DNA of 64,000 bases from a virus (lineage: Duplodnaviria > Caudoviricetes). Both the position numbers and the translations under genes were made by a program. The first letter of the stretch is position 1. The number at the start of each line of letters is the position of its first letter. This document shows positions 60,507-64,000 of this stretch, piece by piece. The notes below the pieces were generated by a model, which saw nothing but the letters and a program-made list of their open reading frames with translations, did not search any database and was not told where the DNA came from. Location: positions 34,429 through 98,428 of the IMG/VR virus record IMGVR_UViG_3300043252_000011; one strand, 5' to 3'.

Positions 60507-61244
60507 ATGGCAGAAATATCGGGAATTTCTTGGACAGACGCTACGTTCAATCCGTGGATTGGATGCACGCGCGTAAGCCCCGCGTGTGATCGTTGCTATG
60601 CGGCCCGTGACAATGAACGCTGGAATTGGGTGCCCGGCTGGGGCGCAGGCGTCGCTAGGCGCCGCACGTCGGTCCAGAACTGGAACAAGGTGCTCAAATG
60701 GAATCGCGAAGCAGCGGCTTCGGGAAGGCCGCTACGGGTGTTCTGTGCGTCGCTCGCCGACGTGTTTGATAACGAGATCGAGCAGGCGTGGCGCAACGAC
60801 CTGTGGGACTTGCTTCGCGCTACGCCAAATCTGCGGTGGATACTTCTGACCAAGCGGATAGGCAACGCGCCGAAGATGCTACCCGCGTTCTGGCCCATGG
60901 CGCACGTCGGCTTGATGTCCACCCTCGAAAATCAAGAGGTATGGGACCGGGATTATCACAAGCTCGAAGCCGTGCCGGCGGCTTGGCATGGGGTGTCCGC
61001 CGAACCGTTGCTCAGCCATATCGATATCGGCGACGCTAAGCCGGATTGGATCATCACGGGCGGTGAAAGCGGCCCCGGCTTCCGGCCCCTCGATATGGAT
61101 GCCGTGCGCTCGCTTCGCGATCAATGCCGACGCAACGGCATCACTTTCCACCACAAGCAAAACGGCGGTATTCGCGGGAAGGATGCCGGCTGTTTGGTCG
61201 ATGGTGTCGAGCATAAATATTTTCCGCCAGCGTTGGCGGCTTAG
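60507..61244 (+). CDS. Phage Gp37/Gp68 (DUF5131) family protein
   Basis: ISWTDATFNPWIGCTRVSPACDRCYA, LLTKR, SAEPLL, GGESG. Confidence 0.9.
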   Translation: MAEISGISWTDATFNPWIGCTRVSPACDRCYAARDNERWNWVPGWGAGVARRRTSVQNWNKVLKWNREAAASGRPLRVFCASLADVFDNEIEQAWRNDLWDLLRATPNLRWILLTKRIGNAPKMLPAFWPMAHVGLMSTLENQEVWDRDYHKLEAVPAAWHGVSAEPLLSHIDIGDAKPDWIITGGESGPGFRPLDMDAVRSLRDQCRRNGITFHHKQNGGIRGKDAGCLVDGVEHKYFPPALAA

Positions 61245-61289
61245 GCACTATCAACAAGTATGTCGCCAACTTAGAGGTAGGAGAACACC

Positions 61290-61712
61290 GTGAACAAGCG
61301 CAGACTTCTGAGGTTGGCCGATCTGCTCGACGCAGACGCCAAGAACGAGGCGGGTGTCAAATTTAATCTGAGCGGGTGGGGTAGTTCGTCTACAGGCGCC
61401 CCGGCTAATGTTTCCTGCGGCACCACGGCATGTGCGATGGGGCTGGCGGTACTAAGTGGCGCGTTCGAACAAGACGGCCTCAGAAACGGATTTGGGCCGC
61501 GCTCATGCTCGGTCATTCCTTATTTTCAAACAGGGCAGAAAGTTGTGTCAGGCTTCAAGGCCGCGGCGAATCTGTTTGGCATTAGCCACAAGGCAGCCGA
61601 ATGGCTCTTTCAAGATGACCACTACCGCAAAAGCCAATGGACTGGTGCCGCAGGCGAACGCGCCGTGGCCCGCCGTATTCGCAAGTTCGTTGCTGGCGAA
61701 GCGCGACCGTAA
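61290..61712 (+). CDS. Conserved hypothetical phage protein
   Basis: RLLRLADLL...CGTTACAMG...VARRIRKF. Confidence 0.7.
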   Translation: MNKRRLLRLADLLDADAKNEAGVKFNLSGWGSSSTGAPANVSCGTTACAMGLAVLSGAFEQDGLRNGFGPRSCSVIPYFQTGQKVVSGFKAAANLFGISHKAAEWLFQDDHYRKSQWTGAAGERAVARRIRKFVAGEARP

Positions 61713-61731
61713 GACGGCGGCTGATACGGAA

Positions 61732-62175
61732 CATGCTTATCCGGTTGCCACACACAAACGCTGAGACCTACTAGATGTTGAAAACCCTCGTTTGGCCTGA
61801 GAAAAGCTATCAGTCGCTCGACCAAGGCATCCGATTTGCAGTGCGCGTTCTTCACGCGGCCGGGTTTGAAACCTGCCAGTCATGCCAGGGCGGTAAAGGG
61901 CACGCCTACAGCGACCCTACGGTTGATCTGAGAGCGGAAGCTGACGACGCCCGTGGTTTTGGAGCGCTCGCGGCGCTGCGAACCTACGGGCTTCCCATCG
62001 CGGAGGTAGCCATCGTTTGGCCTGTGCGGAACGGCTGCCCCTACGAGAAACTTTGGCGCATCACATTCAGCAAAACAATGGAAGATCGCGCCGATGAGAA
62101 GCCGAGTTTTGTTTTCGGGTATGCCGCAACATGACCGCAAGATATGGGGCTGTGTGTCTAAACCGGATAAGCATG
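61732..62175 (+). mobile_element. Non-autonomous TIR cassette 3 (ISSod11-like ends), 444 bp, no TSD
   Basis: Same ends as cassettes 1 and 2; flanks atacggaa and gttagcag differ. Confidence 0.85.
61775..62134 (+). CDS. Cassette 3 cargo, hypothetical (LDQGI..ETCQSCQGG)
   Basis: 119-aa ORF filling the element. Confidence 0.65.
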   Translation: MLKTLVWPEKSYQSLDQGIRFAVRVLHAAGFETCQSCQGGKGHAYSDPTVDLRAEADDARGFGALAALRTYGLPIAEVAIVWPVRNGCPYEKLWRITFSKTMEDRADEKPSFVFGYAAT

Positions 62176-62193
62176 GTTAGCAGGGAGATTAAA

Positions 62194-62898
62194 ATGGGTT
62201 GCGATATTCACCTTTACGTCGAGCATCGAAATGGCCAAGGTTGGGAAAGCTGCGACGTATGGGAGAAAAGCGAATACGAGCCGCACGAATTGACTGTGCC
62301 ATACGGCAAGCATTTTTATAGCGACCGCTCCTATGATACCTTTGCAATCTTGGCAGATGTGCGCAACGGCTATGGCTTTGCGGGGACCGATACCGGAGAC
62401 GGTTTTGTTCCGATTGCCGAGCCTCGCGGCTTACCCGACGATATGTCCCCACAACTCGCGGCAGAAGCCGCCGCGTTTTTGGAGCACACCCCATCGTGGC
62501 TAACAGCCAAAGAATTGATGGAGTATGACTGGACTCGCACCACAACAAAACGCGGATGGATCAGCGGCCCGCAATACGCCCATTGGATCAGATACCAGCG
62601 CGAGGATGGCGATGGGCCGAGAGAATGGTGCGGCGGAATCGGCGGCGGCGGTATTGAGCATATCGCGGAAGCGGAAATGGCGGAGCGCGTTGCCGCCGTT
62701 CAAGAACTGTTCAAGGGAGCAAACTACAAAGACTTGGAGCAGGCGTTGAAGGATCGGCTTGGCTCGACGTACTGCCAAGTATCCTGGCAAATTCCTTACT
62801 ATCGAGCGGCGTCCGGTTTTCTTAGCCGCGTCATGCCTCGCTTGTGGCGCTTGGGAAAGCCGGACGATGTGCGGATTGTCTTTTGGTTCGACAGCTAG
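62194..62898 (+). CDS. Conserved hypothetical phage protein (MGCDIH family)
   Basis: MGCDIH...RSY..F..LADVRN...PRGLP...RIVFWFD. Confidence 0.75.
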   Translation: MGCDIHLYVEHRNGQGWESCDVWEKSEYEPHELTVPYGKHFYSDRSYDTFAILADVRNGYGFAGTDTGDGFVPIAEPRGLPDDMSPQLAAEAAAFLEHTPSWLTAKELMEYDWTRTTTKRGWISGPQYAHWIRYQREDGDGPREWCGGIGGGGIEHIAEAEMAERVAAVQELFKGANYKDLEQALKDRLGSTYCQVSWQIPYYRAASGFLSRVMPRLWRLGKPDDVRIVFWFDS

Positions 62899-62926
62899 AG
62901 CCGACTTACACGGGGTTAGCGCCTAG

Positions 62927-63847
62927 ATGACCGAAAAGTGGACCAAGGGAGAATGGATTGGCGGCCTCGCCAGATGGGAGGTCGATCGCACGGTCTATTA
63001 CTCGATCGCGTTCACCTGGAAGCTTGATGAGGCGTTCGCGATGGCTCTTTTCGACAAGGCGCTGGGTAAGCGGGTAGTCGCTGGCGGTCCCGCGCTATTC
63101 CTAGCGAAGATGGCCCACGAAATTTCAACGGTGGCCGAGGTCGGTGGCAAGTTCGGGTACCCCGACGCGGTATCTCGGCACAATCCAATGGCGACCGAAT
63201 TTAGCTTTGGGTGCGACGTGGGCTGCGCCCATTGCATCGTGCCGGCGATGCACGGCCGGGTCTTTACGCTGGTCCCTGACGCTCCGGTGCGGCCGATCTT
63301 GTGCGACAACAACCTGTCTGCTTTGCCGACCGAGTTTCAGGACCATATCCTTGCCCGCTACCAGCGGGAGGAAGTTCCGATCCTTGATGCTAATTCGGGA
63401 TTTGAGCCGCGCACTTTCACTGAGGAAGTCTACCGCCGATGGAAGCCAACCCTAGACGCCTCCTATGCCCCGTGGCGGTTCGGCTACGACGATATGGTGG
63501 ATCAGCCTTATGTCAGGACCGTGTTCAAAATGCTTCGCAACGAGCCGACCAAGCGCAAGCGTGTCTATGTGATGATTGGGAACGAGCCCTATGCCGAATG
63601 CATGGAACGCATCTACGAGGTCATCGGCAACGGCTGCGAGCCGCATGTGCAGCCGGAAATCAAGTTGGTGTCTTGGGAGCGCAAGCCTTGGGTACGGCAC
63701 GATTGGACACGCCAGAAGCTAATCGACGTGGCCCGCTGGGCGAATGGCTGGGTCTATCGCAAGGTGCCGAACTTCGAGGACTACGACCGCAGCAACTCGA
63801 AGCGGCGATCGGAAAAGTACAACGCCCAAGAGGGTATGTTCGTGTAG
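62927..63847 (+). CDS. Radical SAM-like protein
   Basis: CDVGCAHC (CxxxCxxC), CDNN, VYVMIG. Confidence 0.7.
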   Translation: MTEKWTKGEWIGGLARWEVDRTVYYSIAFTWKLDEAFAMALFDKALGKRVVAGGPALFLAKMAHEISTVAEVGGKFGYPDAVSRHNPMATEFSFGCDVGCAHCIVPAMHGRVFTLVPDAPVRPILCDNNLSALPTEFQDHILARYQREEVPILDANSGFEPRTFTEEVYRRWKPTLDASYAPWRFGYDDMVDQPYVRTVFKMLRNEPTKRKRVYVMIGNEPYAECMERIYEVIGNGCEPHVQPEIKLVSWERKPWVRHDWTRQKLIDVARWANGWVYRKVPNFEDYDRSNSKRRSEKYNAQEGMFV

Positions 63848-63873
63848 CCCAAACAAATAGGCACTTACAGGAC

Positions 63874-64000
63874 GAATGTCGCCAACTTAGAGGTATTCCG
63901 ATGCACCGACCGAGCGAATTTTTAGCCTGGGCCGTCGAGACATTCGGTCCGGTTGCCCTCAAGCGCAAAGAACGCCTTATGCGCTTTACTGAGGAAGCAA
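63874..64000 (+). repeat. 127-bp direct repeat, copy 2
   Basis: Identical to 17649-17775, running to the end of the window. Confidence 0.95.

Larger units (their letters stand above)
17649..64000. mobile_element. Phage segment B, apparently complete ~46.2-kb podovirus-like genome
   Basis: Full packaging/head/short-tail/lysis module plus replication and accessory modules. 63874-64000 is identical to 17649-17775, closing a circle. Confidence 0.88.

Noticed and set aside
63874-64000. Biological direct terminal repeat or attL/attR
   Set aside because: The length equals a common assembler k-mer, it is cut by the window end, and it lies in an accessory gene far from the packaging genes.
1-64000. 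CRISPR array, tRNA/rRNA, reverse transcriptase/DGR
   Set aside because: No regularly spaced repeats, RNA genes or RT motifs were recognised by eye; no scan was run.

Overview
The window holds two different tailed-phage sequences, probably from Alphaproteobacteria hosts (GcrA homologs, a rhizobial-type porin, parS sites), joined at about position 17649. Segment A (1-17648) is a partial phage: virion genes, a 1313-aa ejection-type protein, GcrA, a Prim-Pol/AAA primase-helicase and a C5 methylase. It is strongly enriched in CGTACG. Segment B (17649-64000) is an apparently complete ~46.2-kb podovirus-like circle whose last 127 bp repeat 17649-17775. It carries TerS/TerL, portal, scaffold, capsid, tail tube A/B, internal virion proteins, tail fibre, lysis genes, Bet recombinase, a DUF1376 replication protein, GcrA, a serine resolvase and three methylases; no integrase was recognised. 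The most striking signals are non-coding. (1) About 18 gene boundaries in B's accessory array carry a degenerate ~21-bp inverted-repeat site (approx. CGRCTAA-N6-8-TTARCAG or WATGTCG) built like a tyrosine-recombinase core, and the A/B junction falls on one, suggesting a minimal gene-cassette system shared between phages. (2) Two IS1595-family end types bound single-gene cassettes, one of them present three times with three unrelated cargo genes. (3) Two of these insertions used the same 8-bp target at the edge of parS sites. All calls are by eye; no searches were run.
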